A DNA stretch of 28,690 nucleotides, taken from the NCBI GenBank assembly GCA_028683025.1, contig JAJRAB010000074.1:1-28690 (forward strand), written 5' to 3'. Numbering within the stretch: the first letter of the stretch is position 1; each line of letters starts with the position of its first letter. A model generated the notes under the pieces. The model ran no database searches and had not been told where the DNA came from. It saw only the letters and a program-made list of their open reading frames with translations. The position numbers and the translations under genes were made by a program. Below are positions 17,085 to 25,889 of this stretch, piece after piece. The stretch is from Candidatus Methanomethylicus sp. (GTDB taxonomy: Archaea > Thermoproteota > Methanomethylicia > Methanomethylicales > Methanomethylicaceae).

Positions 17085-18404
17085 TCAGTTACCTGATTTG
17101 TGCGAGTCTTGTTTTGCCTTCATTTTCTTCAATGTGCTGTTGAGTGCCTGAACTGAGTCCCTCAGGTCTGAGATCTGCTGGTTGAAGTCGTCCTCATTCC
17201 TGGCGGGTTTTGCCACTGCTGGCTTTACTGCCGGTAGCACTTCTGGAGCCGGAGTAGTAGCTTGCGTTTCTTGAGCAGATACGGCTTTGGCTGGCTCTGG
17301 TTGGTCAAGTTCCTTTATCGCCTCCTCTAACGGGGTGGCTTTTGGCTGTGGCTTGGCTTTTATCTCAAGATTGGTGATCTCGGCATCAGCGGTAACAGTC
17401 GCATCAGCTGATTTCGGTGAGGGTATAGGCTCTGCTTTTTTGGGTTCAGCCGTTTTGGGCACTGCCTTGGGCGGCTTCTGGAGCTCTTTCACCACCTCCT
17501 CCAGCTTCACAAGAGACACCTGAATATCCTCACCCGACTCCTGGGTTTTGGCTTCTGCCTCCTTCTCCATCTGAGCCTTCTTGGCGATGATCTTTTTAGC
17601 TTCCTCAAGACTGCAGAGCGGCTTTACCTTAATTTTGGGTTCGCCGGGTTCGGCATCCTCATCTCCCGCTTTCTTTGAAGGCTGATCCAGTTCTTCCGGG
17701 GCAATGCTCTCGGGCTCGGTTCTTTTTTCCAGTATGGATTCAGAGATTACATCTCCCCTAAGCGGCATGGGTACCCTAGTCTTTGATTCAGATGATGCTT
17801 CGGACAGGGTGCCATTTTGGCTCAATGTGCTGGAGCCCATCCCGCCGGCATTTGGAGCGTCAAGGATTGTAACCTTCGGTTTTGCGTTTTGGACAGTCCA
17901 CTGGAACATGGTTTCCATTAACTTGTCGTCGTTAATCACCATCTCCTGCTTTCCGTCAGCCTTTGGAGATGACCTTGCAACCAGTGGCGGTTCACCGGCA
18001 GAAAGGCGCAGTGTCTCCGGCTCCTTCTTGGCAGTGGGTGCAGGTGCGCCCTTCTGGGGGCTCTTTACCTGGATACCCAGACTCGGTAACCGCCGTTTTT
18101 TACCCCGGGTCCATCGAAAGAGGAGATCTGCCAGCGTCTTCCGATCGCTGAGCTTCATCCCGCTGCCGCTGACAGTGGGTATCCCCTGGACATCTTCGGG
18201 TTCGAGGCCCCATGCCCTAAGTTCTTCCACGTCCGTGAGGGGGGAGGCGGGGGTGCCGTTCTTTTGCCTAGCTTTTTTAGCCCTTGTCTCCTTCTGGAAC
18301 CTCAGGTAATCCATGAAAAGTATGGCCAGCACGCCCGAAGCAATGGCCAAGCTGAATGCCACTATGAGCGGCATCATGTAAGGCATCAGTGACTCAATAT
18401 CCAC
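17085..18404 (-). CDS. Membrane-anchored, largely disordered protein with C-terminal coiled coil; probable archaellum accessory
   Basis: One N-terminal TM helix, P/E/K/A-rich low-complexity body, C-terminal heptads (FNQQISDLRDSVQALNSTLKKMK). GAGGAGG RBS before GTG; 66 nt downstream of arlJ on the same strand. Confidence 0.75.
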   Translation of the reverse strand: MDIESLMPYMMPLIVAFSLAIASGVLAILFMDYLRFQKETRAKKARQKNGTPASPLTDVEELRAWGLEPEDVQGIPTVSGSGMKLSDRKTLADLLFRWTRGKKRRLPSLGIQVKSPQKGAPAPTAKKEPETLRLSAGEPPLVARSSPKADGKQEMVINDDKLMETMFQWTVQNAKPKVTILDAPNAGGMGSSTLSQNGTLSEASSESKTRVPMPLRGDVISESILEKRTEPESIAPEELDQPSKKAGDEDAEPGEPKIKVKPLCSLEEAKKIIAKKAQMEKEAEAKTQESGEDIQVSLVKLEEVVKELQKPPKAVPKTAEPKKAEPIPSPKSADATVTADAEITNLEIKAKPQPKATPLEEAIKELDQPEPAKAVSAQETQATTPAPEVLPAVKPAVAKPARNEDDFNQQISDLRDSVQALNSTLKKMKAKQDSHKSGN

Positions 18405-18470
18405 TACCCACTTCCTCCTCTCTTTCTGTCTTTGGCCTTTCCCGCAGCTTGTCTATGTCGATCATGAGTA

Positions 18471-20075
18471 TCACACAGTCGGGGTTGTAAGGTTCCCTAA
18501 CCCGATCCCCTGGAGGTATCCTATCACCGATGTGAGGCATACCAGGTAGGTCAGCCATCCTGATACCACGAACAGACCCAGGTAGAAGGACAAGTTGAAT
18601 TCCTGCTCTCCACTGATCTCGTATATCAGGAGGGCATTAATGAAAGTGAGGGCTGTCACGATAAGGTAGATGTAGACGTCGATCAGGTTCAGGTCCGGCA
18701 CCATAAAGATGACAGGCATGCCCGAGCCTTGGAACGTCTTGAAAATCTCTACGAACTGGGTTATGATCGCCATAATAAGCCCCATTATTGCGCAGAGGAT
18801 AGGGTGCATGGGTATGATTATCCCCTTCATTAGGGCTGAGACCTCGCTGAGCCTCCTCCGAAGGGTAAGCATGAACAGAGAAGAGTTGGCTACCAGCGGA
18901 CCAAACTCCTTGGCTGGCGCTCCGTAGGCATTGGCCTTTGAGAATGCCTCGGAATGGATCCGCATCATGTCGCTCGAGGTCTCGGTCTCGAAAGACTCCC
19001 AGCTTACGTTCTTGTCTATTCCAAGCTCCAGCTTTGCACTCATGCCTCGGACATAGGGGGAGAGCTTGCCGAAGTCCAGGCGGGAAACATCCCGGAAAGC
19101 ATAGATTATGGAGGTCCCCATGGTGGATAGGGAGGTGGAAAGCATGGTGGCGAACTCTGGGAACCTCTCGTCAATGGTCTCCACCCTGTTGGAGGCGTTT
19201 ATGCCCATGAAGCCGATTATGAGGCTCGGGAATCCAGAAAGACCGGCTGCCAGGAGACCCAGATCCCTCGGAACTATGTGGAGTGTTATTAAAAAGACAA
19301 AGACCAGGTTCACAAGGAACGTAAACCAGACCACATAACGGTTGATCTTTGTAAGCCTCAACAGCTGCCGCCTCTTCTTGGTCAGGGATATGACCCTGAT
19401 GACTGGTGACGAGATGTAGAAGATTAGAGCAAACATGCCGTACATTACCACGATTCCAGGCACGATGACGCCCACCATACTCATGCCAGAGCCCCAGAGG
19501 AGACCTGTGAAAGTGAGGATCATGACAATAAGCACAGAGGAGGATAGGACAGCGCTGTAGGCCTCGGTGAACCTCTTGAAGCGGATGAAGGCGCGCTCCA
19601 TGTCGCTGGAGTACATGGTCATGAAGGTATTGTACTCCTTACCAAGGAAGACAATCATGTCCTCGCCCAATTTAGCTATCTGGGCAAAGCGCTGCAGGAA
19701 ATCCTGGAGGTAAAGGAGCTTCGCATCCTTCCTCGTGATCTCGCAGGCACGGCTCAGGTCGATACCCAGATTCAACATTGCTGTAATCTTGCGCATAAGC
19801 TTCGTGATCTCGCCGAACTCGGTCCTGCTGCTGGCCCTAACAAGCTCTATGGAAGAGATGTCGGCGTAGGAGCAGGCGAGCATGTGCATTAGAAAGAAGG
19901 GCATCGCATGCCACATTCTCTTGTTGCTGCGGATGTACTTAAGGGAAACCAGCTGCTCCTTCAGGGAGTGCCGGAACTTCTCGTGGGCCCTCTTCGCCTC
20001 CAGGTTCTTGATCTCCTCCTGGGTCTTGGAAGGCATCCAGCGGGGCATTTCCTGGGCAGCCTGGCTCTGGCTCAT
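18471..20075 (-). CDS. arlJ: Archaellum motor membrane platform protein ArlJ (FlaJ)
   Basis: Two cytoplasmic T2SSF-like domains (LQDFLQRFAQ...GED; DERFPEF) with TM blocks; directly follows arlI. Confidence 0.88.
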   Translation of the reverse strand: MSQSQAAQEMPRWMPSKTQEEIKNLEAKRAHEKFRHSLKEQLVSLKYIRSNKRMWHAMPFFLMHMLACSYADISSIELVRASSRTEFGEITKLMRKITAMLNLGIDLSRACEITRKDAKLLYLQDFLQRFAQIAKLGEDMIVFLGKEYNTFMTMYSSDMERAFIRFKRFTEAYSAVLSSSVLIVMILTFTGLLWGSGMSMVGVIVPGIVVMYGMFALIFYISSPVIRVISLTKKRRQLLRLTKINRYVVWFTFLVNLVFVFLITLHIVPRDLGLLAAGLSGFPSLIIGFMGINASNRVETIDERFPEFATMLSTSLSTMGTSIIYAFRDVSRLDFGKLSPYVRGMSAKLELGIDKNVSWESFETETSSDMMRIHSEAFSKANAYGAPAKEFGPLVANSSLFMLTLRRRLSEVSALMKGIIIPMHPILCAIMGLIMAIITQFVEIFKTFQGSGMPVIFMVPDLNLIDVYIYLIVTALTFINALLIYEISGEQEFNLSFYLGLFVVSGWLTYLVCLTSVIGYLQGIGLGNLTTPTV

Positions 20076-20124
20076 GGATCATCCCTCCTGAAGCAATTTA
20101 CCAAGGACGACGAAATATTGAGCA

Positions 20125-22065
20125 TCATTTGCCCTCCAGTATCTTGTCGATGGCGCGCATTGTCACGTTGTCAAAGTTCATTGAGGCAACGTAGGGGTTC
20201 TCGTAGACTTTTGACAGGGCATTGTATACCTCGTAATAGTCCATGATGTTGAGCTCAATCATCTTCTTGATGATGTAGGTCCTGATGTCAAGCTCACTGT
20301 AAATTTTCCGTGAATCAGAAAGTGCCAGACCTTTACTGGGAGCCACCTTATATTCCAGGAGGTAGCTGTTGCCCACTCCCCTGAAGGTGTGCTTGTCAGT
20401 GACCGGATCCCAGGAGAAGATCTCAATATAGTTGTAAGACTTCTCCACCGGGTCTACACCGATCATCTCGCATATACCCGTAACCCGCCTCTCAAAGCGG
20501 TTTGTGACAGAGGACTTTACGCTGCTCTGGAAGAGGACCACATTGAGGTTGTCAACATAGGCCGAGGGAATATTGATGGGATCGCCGGTGATCCTCTGGA
20601 TGAGCTTGACCATGGATGCGGCGTGGAATGTGGAGATAACCGGGTGACCGGTCTGGATAGCCTGGAACGCTACCGCCCCCTCCTTCCCCCTGATCTCGCC
20701 CACTATGATGTAGTTGGGCCTCTGCCTCAGGGCAGACTTCAGCAGGTCGAAGAGCTCGATGGACGATTGCTCAGTCTCGCCCTTCCTGGTGCATTCGCTG
20801 ATCCAGTTGGGGTGGGGGATGTAAACCTCAGGAGTGTCCTCTATTGTGATTATCTTGGCGTTGGGGCGGATGAAGACGGTCGAGGCGTTGAGGGTTGTGG
20901 TCTTCCCCGAGGCGGTCTCTCCGCAGATGAACATGGACATGCCGTGTTCGAGCATCATCCATAGGTAGGCCGCCATCTGGGGGCTGAGCGTGCCGAACTT
21001 TACCAGCTGGGTTATGCTCATGGGTATCTTGGAGAACTTACGGATGGTGAAGTTGGAACCACGCCTGCTCACATCGGTCCCAAAGACAACGTTGAGCCTC
21101 GAGCCATCCTGGAGAGTGGCGTCGATTATGGGCCGGCGCGGGCTGCAGGGTCTCCCTATCTTCTCGCACACCCTGATTACGAAGCCGTCCAGGTCCTGGG
21201 GAGTTGGGAACGCAATGGCAGCCCGCATCGAGCTGAAGACCTTATGCTCCACGAAGATTGGACCTACTCCATCACAAGAAATATCCTCAATGTTCGTGTC
21301 CCGAATTAGGGGCTCTATTATGCCGAAACCTATCTTCTCGGTCATTATCTCGTAGCGAAGGCGGTTGTACTCATCCTCGTTTACCCTGATGATCTCCTTA
21401 ACGCCCTTGGGAGGCGAGGCAGCCGATCCTCCGACCTTGACTAAGCTGTCGAACATCTCTTTGAGCATTTCTTCCTTGTTCTCAGCGATCTTAGTCGCCA
21501 TCTGGTCAGTTATCATCGAGGCGAAGAGCTCCTCGACCTTCTTTATCAGGTCACTCTTCTCTGGGGGAAGGCGGGGCTCTATGGGAGCGTAGACCCCGGC
21601 AGGCTCCCTTACGTTCTTGTACAGGTGGACGAAGATGCCCTCGTTGACGGGATAGATAAAGTTGAACTTCTTAAGGGACCGCATGTCCCTCGTCAGAGCT
21701 GTCTTGAACTGGAGCGGTTCGCCGATTGGGTCAGCCACCTTGGCCTTCTGTTGGACATACTCTACAAGGTGGGGATTCTTCTTGGCGTACTCCTCGTAGG
21801 TGGGCCCCATGGATGCTGGCGCTACTTCGCAAGCGCTTTTTGCCCTCGCGTCGGCAGGCTGGGGAGCTGCAGGAGGGGGAGGGGAAACGGCCGTCTGTAG
21901 TGGGGCAGGAATGGTCGTAGATGGGGATTTTGGGGACTGGGTAGCAGGCGCGGGGGATGCTGTTGCCTGTGGCACGGAGCTGGCAACCAGTTTGGCTTCG
22001 GGTGTAACCACGACCGTCTTGTCATCGGGTTTATCTTTCTTGGTTACCACCTGCGCCTGTGACAT
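20125..22065 (-). CDS. arlI: Archaellum assembly/rotation ATPase ArlI (FlaI)
   Basis: DISCDG, Walker A GETASGKTT, IEDTPE, ALRQRPNYIIVGEIRG, TGHPVISTFHA. Confidence 0.95.
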   Translation of the reverse strand: MSQAQVVTKKDKPDDKTVVVTPEAKLVASSVPQATASPAPATQSPKSPSTTIPAPLQTAVSPPPPAAPQPADARAKSACEVAPASMGPTYEEYAKKNPHLVEYVQQKAKVADPIGEPLQFKTALTRDMRSLKKFNFIYPVNEGIFVHLYKNVREPAGVYAPIEPRLPPEKSDLIKKVEELFASMITDQMATKIAENKEEMLKEMFDSLVKVGGSAASPPKGVKEIIRVNEDEYNRLRYEIMTEKIGFGIIEPLIRDTNIEDISCDGVGPIFVEHKVFSSMRAAIAFPTPQDLDGFVIRVCEKIGRPCSPRRPIIDATLQDGSRLNVVFGTDVSRRGSNFTIRKFSKIPMSITQLVKFGTLSPQMAAYLWMMLEHGMSMFICGETASGKTTTLNASTVFIRPNAKIITIEDTPEVYIPHPNWISECTRKGETEQSSIELFDLLKSALRQRPNYIIVGEIRGKEGAVAFQAIQTGHPVISTFHAASMVKLIQRITGDPINIPSAYVDNLNVVLFQSSVKSSVTNRFERRVTGICEMIGVDPVEKSYNYIEIFSWDPVTDKHTFRGVGNSYLLEYKVAPSKGLALSDSRKIYSELDIRTYIIKKMIELNIMDYYEVYNALSKVYENPYVASMNFDNVTMRAIDKILEGK

Positions 22066-22093
22066 TTTGCAAACTCCTAAAGTTATCCAGTAA

Positions 22094-22819
22094 TCATGCC
22101 TTTACAGCTGTGAAGGGGAGTATCCTTATCCCCATGTTCGGTTCCACCTTGAAGGTAGCCATGTTGTTGGTTGCCTTCATGGCGCCCCTCAGCTTCAGTA
22201 TCTCAACGCTCCTGGCCGTCTCGTTGCTGGGAAGCGTCTTAACCTTGAACACGAAGTGGCCGTCGCACATCGAGCGGATCCTGATGAGGAGGTTTGTGTC
22301 GAAGGCAAAAGGGTGGAGGGTCACCAGGATCACCCTTCTCCTCTGGTCCACAAAATTGCGGAGCTCTGAGAGGAAGTTTAGTAGGTCGTTCTGTGAAGAG
22401 TGGGTTGCGATGTAGGTTACCGAGTCGAAGATTATTACATCCGCGTCACCCTTCTTCTTTATGTAGTTGCTCATGACGGCGAGGTAGTTGGAGGTTATGT
22501 TCTCGTCCCAGTCTATACCCTTGGAGTGGAATGCGGTTATCTTGAATTTGCCCTTGATGAAGTAGGGCAGGGCGTCAAAACCAAAACTCTCGAGCTGACT
22601 CAGGGTAGAGGTGGTCGTCATTTCAGTCGTGACGTAGCGGACCGACAGGTCAGATTTCAGGGCGCCAATTATGACATCCTGGCAGAATACGCTCTTGCCA
22701 GTATCGTTCTCCCCTTCGATGAGGTTCATGGAGGGTATGGGAAGGCCACCCATCATCCTGTCCAGCTCTCCATTGCCCATCTTTACTGATTCAGCCCTTT
22801 TTACATCGACAACTGCCAT
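22094..22819 (-). CDS. arlH: Archaellum accessory RecA/KaiC-like ATP-binding protein ArlH (FlaH)
   Basis: ELDRMMGGLP, GENDTGKS, IIFDS, TLHP, RIRSMCDGH, KLRGA, FKVEPNMGIRI. ATG at 22819 lies 2 nt after the arlF stop; the ORF-track extension is a shadow of arlF. Confidence 0.93.
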   Translation of the reverse strand: MAVVDVKRAESVKMGNGELDRMMGGLPIPSMNLIEGENDTGKSVFCQDVIIGALKSDLSVRYVTTEMTTTSTLSQLESFGFDALPYFIKGKFKITAFHSKGIDWDENITSNYLAVMSNYIKKKGDADVIIFDSVTYIATHSSQNDLLNFLSELRNFVDQRRRVILVTLHPFAFDTNLLIRIRSMCDGHFVFKVKTLPSNETARSVEILKLRGAMKATNNMATFKVEPNMGIRILPFTAVKA

Positions 22820-22821
22820 TC

Positions 22822-23358
22822 TCAGGAACCTCCTGGGCCGAATGCCCTGCTGCTGGTCCCACCGTCTATAGTTATCATAGTGATGTACCAGCCTCGGTTG
22901 GAGTCGATCGAGTCCGAGACTGCCAGTGAAAGCTCCAGCGTTTCGCCAGGGTCCCACATCCCTGTCCCTAGGGCAAGGCTGACGGGATTCACAAGGTCCC
23001 CCACCAGATTGCCAACGAGAATGCGATTGATAGACCAACCGTCAGAAGCTGCCAGGTAGTCAAGGCGCTTCGCTACCCTAGTTCCGTTATCGCTCACAAA
23101 GACAACAAACACATCGCTGTTCTTCAGTTCGGCTACGCGCAGATTTTTGGTGCCCTCCAGTGTAACATTGACACTGAAAGTTGAGGGCAAAGAGATGCTT
23201 CCCCCAGAGTCCATGTGAGGCGATGAGATGGATTTCTCACTTTGAACTGTGGAGAGCAGCAGGAGCGAGTTGGTGGAGGAGTTTATTATTGAGGTCATGG
23301 CGACTGTGAAAACGATCCCGATTGTTATCGCCCCAATCACCCCAGCAAAGCCGCTAAT
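22822..23358 (-). CDS. arlF: Archaellum stator protein ArlF (FlaF)
   Basis: N-terminal hydrophobic helix (SGFAGVIGAITIGIVF), VNVTLEG, WDPGETLEL, ITIDGG; lies between arlG and arlH. Start inferred at ATT 23358; the ORF track uses GTG 23340. Confidence 0.78.
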   Translation of the reverse strand: MSGFAGVIGAITIGIVFTVAMTSIINSSTNSLLLLSTVQSEKSISSPHMDSGGSISLPSTFSVNVTLEGTKNLRVAELKNSDVFVVFVSDNGTRVAKRLDYLAASDGWSINRILVGNLVGDLVNPVSLALGTGMWDPGETLELSLAVSDSIDSNRGWYITMITIDGGTSSRAFGPGGS

Positions 23359-23371
23359 CTAATCCATCCTC

Positions 23372-23857
23372 CTAGACTGCAAAGTAGAACTCGGCGTTCA
23401 CCCCGTTGCTGGTGATGATCTTGAGGTAGTAGTCCCCTGGCGAGATGCTATAGGGGAGGAGGAGGGTAATTTCTATAGTCTCGCCAGGGTCGAACCTCAG
23501 ATCCGAATCGCCATTATTCACTAAACTGTAATTCCAGGTGGGGGAAAGGGTCTGATTGAATATCATCAATGAGAAGTTTCCTCGGGGACCAAAGAAAACA
23601 TTGAAATCGGATAATGCATTTGGAGAAATTTGACTCTGTCCAGTATTCTTTACCCAAGCTTTCATTATGTTTTGGGACGAGTTTGTGGCAAAAATTACTT
23701 TGATTGAAGTTGAGACAGTTTCAGTTGCATCGTTAATGGCTGAGAGTTGGGCACCATTCAACCTCAAAGATCCCTGCATGAATATGAAGGCTGCAGTGGA
23801 TGCTACAACAACAACTGCGATTGTGATGATTGCTTCAGTTATTACGTTTGTTGCCAT
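23372..23857 (-). CDS. arlG: Archaellum stator protein ArlG (FlaG)
   Basis: MATNVITEAIITIAVV, AWVKNTG, DPGETIEI, GDYYLKIITSNGV. Confidence 0.85.
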   Translation of the reverse strand: MATNVITEAIITIAVVVVASTAAFIFMQGSLRLNGAQLSAINDATETVSTSIKVIFATNSSQNIMKAWVKNTGQSQISPNALSDFNVFFGPRGNFSLMIFNQTLSPTWNYSLVNNGDSDLRFDPGETIEITLLLPYSISPGDYYLKIITSNGVNAEFYFAV

Positions 23858-25040
23858 TAATCTTCACCATTTTTGAGCCATTCCCATTTCCATTGCAGTC
23901 GCCATTGCCGTTTCCATTTTCTGTATAGTTGCTATTTTTCAGCATGAGAGAAGAGGATGTCTTCAGGAGGTTCAGGACAACCAAGAAGTCCAGATCAGAG
24001 CTTCCCTTTTTCAGCTTGTCAAACAGGTAAGCTATTGTGATGTGATCACTAATTGCGACCTCTTGCTCTTCGGGGATGTCCTTTGAATTCACTACAGATA
24101 CCACGTTTAACAGGGCAGATTTGACTTCCTCAGAGAACCAACCTTTGCGGTAATAATCTTCAATTACATTTTGGGCACCTTTCCTGCCAAAGATCTTCAT
24201 TAGAGCAGCAGCACAGGCAGTCAATCCAACTATACTTACGCCTACGACAGGCGTGGGTTCATTGGTTGAAAGCAGTGCATTATCTTTTATTGTTGCTTCA
24301 GGAGTTGTGCCCCCTCTGTTTTTTGGTTGTTGGAAAGCGAAACTGGATTGATTTAATAATGGTGCTGTGCCGCCTTCAGGCAGTGGAGGTGAGCCTCTGA
24401 ATAGTTTCATTGATTCTTGCAGGACTCCGCCTTCCTTGAGTATTTCCTCAAGCTCTTCCTTTACTGAGTCCTTAAACTGCTTCTCCAGCTTTTCCTTGAT
24501 TTCTTTCTCCAACCGTTCCTCCAGTTCAATCTTGAAATATTCTTTCATCCGGCTTTGCATATCATCTTGCATTTCAGGGCTGTTTAGAGCTTCGCCTAGC
24601 TTCTCCCCCAAAGCTGCTTTGAGGGCGTTCATGTCAATCGGGACGTTCAGCATCCCTTTATCCTTGAGCTCACTCACTTTCAACTCGATAATTGATCCAA
24701 GTTGCTCATCGATGAATTTAGCCATTATCTCATTGACTGCCTGCTTCATTTTTCCATCCACAATAGTCTTGACAAGCGAGTCGACCCGTTTTTCCATGAA
24801 TTCTTTGAGCTTATTTTCTACGATGTTATCGGCCATTGTTAGAATTACTTCATCAATCCCCAGGCCTTTAAGGTAGTTTAGGGGGTTATCAAGGTCAGTT
24901 AGAATGTTCCTGACATCGCTCAAAACAGCACGAGTCTCATGGGACATCTCGGATACGGTATTCTCTAGCTTTGAAGTCTTCTCTTCTAGCCTGAGAACTT
25001 TCATCCCAACGTCTTCTGATTCCTGCTGCTGTGATGTCAT
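23835..25040 (-). CDS. ArlC/D/E-like fusion protein with central helical-repeat region
   Basis: N-terminal ArlC-like coil (LEEKTSKLENTVSEM...LDNPL) and a C-terminal ArlD/E-like signature (IFGRKGAQNVIEDYYRKGWFSEEVKSALL). GAGGT RBS before ATG 25040. Confidence 0.65.
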   Translation of the reverse strand: MTSQQQESEDVGMKVLRLEEKTSKLENTVSEMSHETRAVLSDVRNILTDLDNPLNYLKGLGIDEVILTMADNIVENKLKEFMEKRVDSLVKTIVDGKMKQAVNEIMAKFIDEQLGSIIELKVSELKDKGMLNVPIDMNALKAALGEKLGEALNSPEMQDDMQSRMKEYFKIELEERLEKEIKEKLEKQFKDSVKEELEEILKEGGVLQESMKLFRGSPPLPEGGTAPLLNQSSFAFQQPKNRGGTTPEATIKDNALLSTNEPTPVVGVSIVGLTACAAALMKIFGRKGAQNVIEDYYRKGWFSEEVKSALLNVVSVVNSKDIPEEQEVAISDHITIAYLFDKLKKGSSDLDFLVVLNLLKTSSSLMLKNSNYTENGNGNGDCNGNGNGSKMVKINGNKRNN

Positions 25041-25214
25041 TTTTGTTTTACCTCGTTTTATCACTCAGCGAAAATAGGGAATGTCCTACTGTCCACTAGT
25101 GCTAATTATGAATTGTTTTCAGATACTCTTTAAAGAGGATTATCAAAGGCGACTGCAAATCACTAAAAGAAAGGATAAAGGCAAAAAAATTAAAGTTTTT
25201 CTAACGAGAGAATG

Positions 25215-25230
25215 AAAAAAATAAAAAAAA
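25215..25230 (-). terminator. Oligo-T terminator candidate after arlB (T8-A-T7 on minus strand)
   Basis: AAAAAAATAAAAAAAA on the + strand, 27 nt downstream of the arlB stop. Confidence 0.55.
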
Positions 25231-25257
25231 TATTTAATTGTTGGGGGATTTGGAGGG

Positions 25258-25881
25258 TTACGCTACTAACAAAGTCATTACTGATTGGATGTCACCAGGT
25301 ATGCTTGCACTGATAGTAAGTTTTGCACCGGTCATAGGAATTAGATCAACATAGAAGTGCTCATATTTTGCAATGTTGCCATCGGTGGCATCTATTTGGG
25401 CTAGATTGAGAAGTACTGCAAATTCTTCCCCTTGTTCAAGTACTGTATCACTGTCGCCTTGTACTACCATCACTGTACATTTTGCAGATGGATCATCAAG
25501 AATTGTTTGGTTGTAAGCGCTTTCAAAGTCATTGGCCGCATACACATCTGCTACAAGCACATCATTGTTCTTATAGGATACGGTGAGCTTTGAATAGTCG
25601 AAGTCTATTGGTGTATTACCTGGTGCTAGTTTCGCTAATATTATAATATCGGTAGCTTCACCTGATGTTGTATTTCCATAGGCCCATAGAGTTTGAAGTT
25701 GAAGTGCAGAAGTTGCCTGTCCCGTACCTGAAGTTATTGCTTCCTGGGCTTTTTGTGTTGTTAATAGGCCCATGTTAAGTATGGCAAATGCGAACACCGA
25801 AGCTGCAATTACGAATGCAATGACAATGATTGCCGTTTCTATGCCTGTCATGCCTTTACGATTCTTTCTGAGAGTTCTCAT
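25258..25881 (-). CDS. arlB: Archaellin ArlB (FlaB)
   Basis: Class III signal peptide MRTLRKNRKG|MTGIETAIIVIAFVIAASVFAF; sequons NTT and NQT. Confidence 0.96.
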   Translation of the reverse strand: MRTLRKNRKGMTGIETAIIVIAFVIAASVFAFAILNMGLLTTQKAQEAITSGTGQATSALQLQTLWAYGNTTSGEATDIIILAKLAPGNTPIDFDYSKLTVSYKNNDVLVADVYAANDFESAYNQTILDDPSAKCTVMVVQGDSDTVLEQGEEFAVLLNLAQIDATDGNIAKYEHFYVDLIPMTGAKLTISASIPGDIQSVMTLLVA

Positions 25882-25889
25882 TTTTATTT

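Noticed and set aside
22820-23038. 72-aa N-terminal extension of ArlH in the ORF track
   Set aside because: It overlaps arlF in another frame; ATG 22819 directly after the arlF stop gives a normal-length ArlH.
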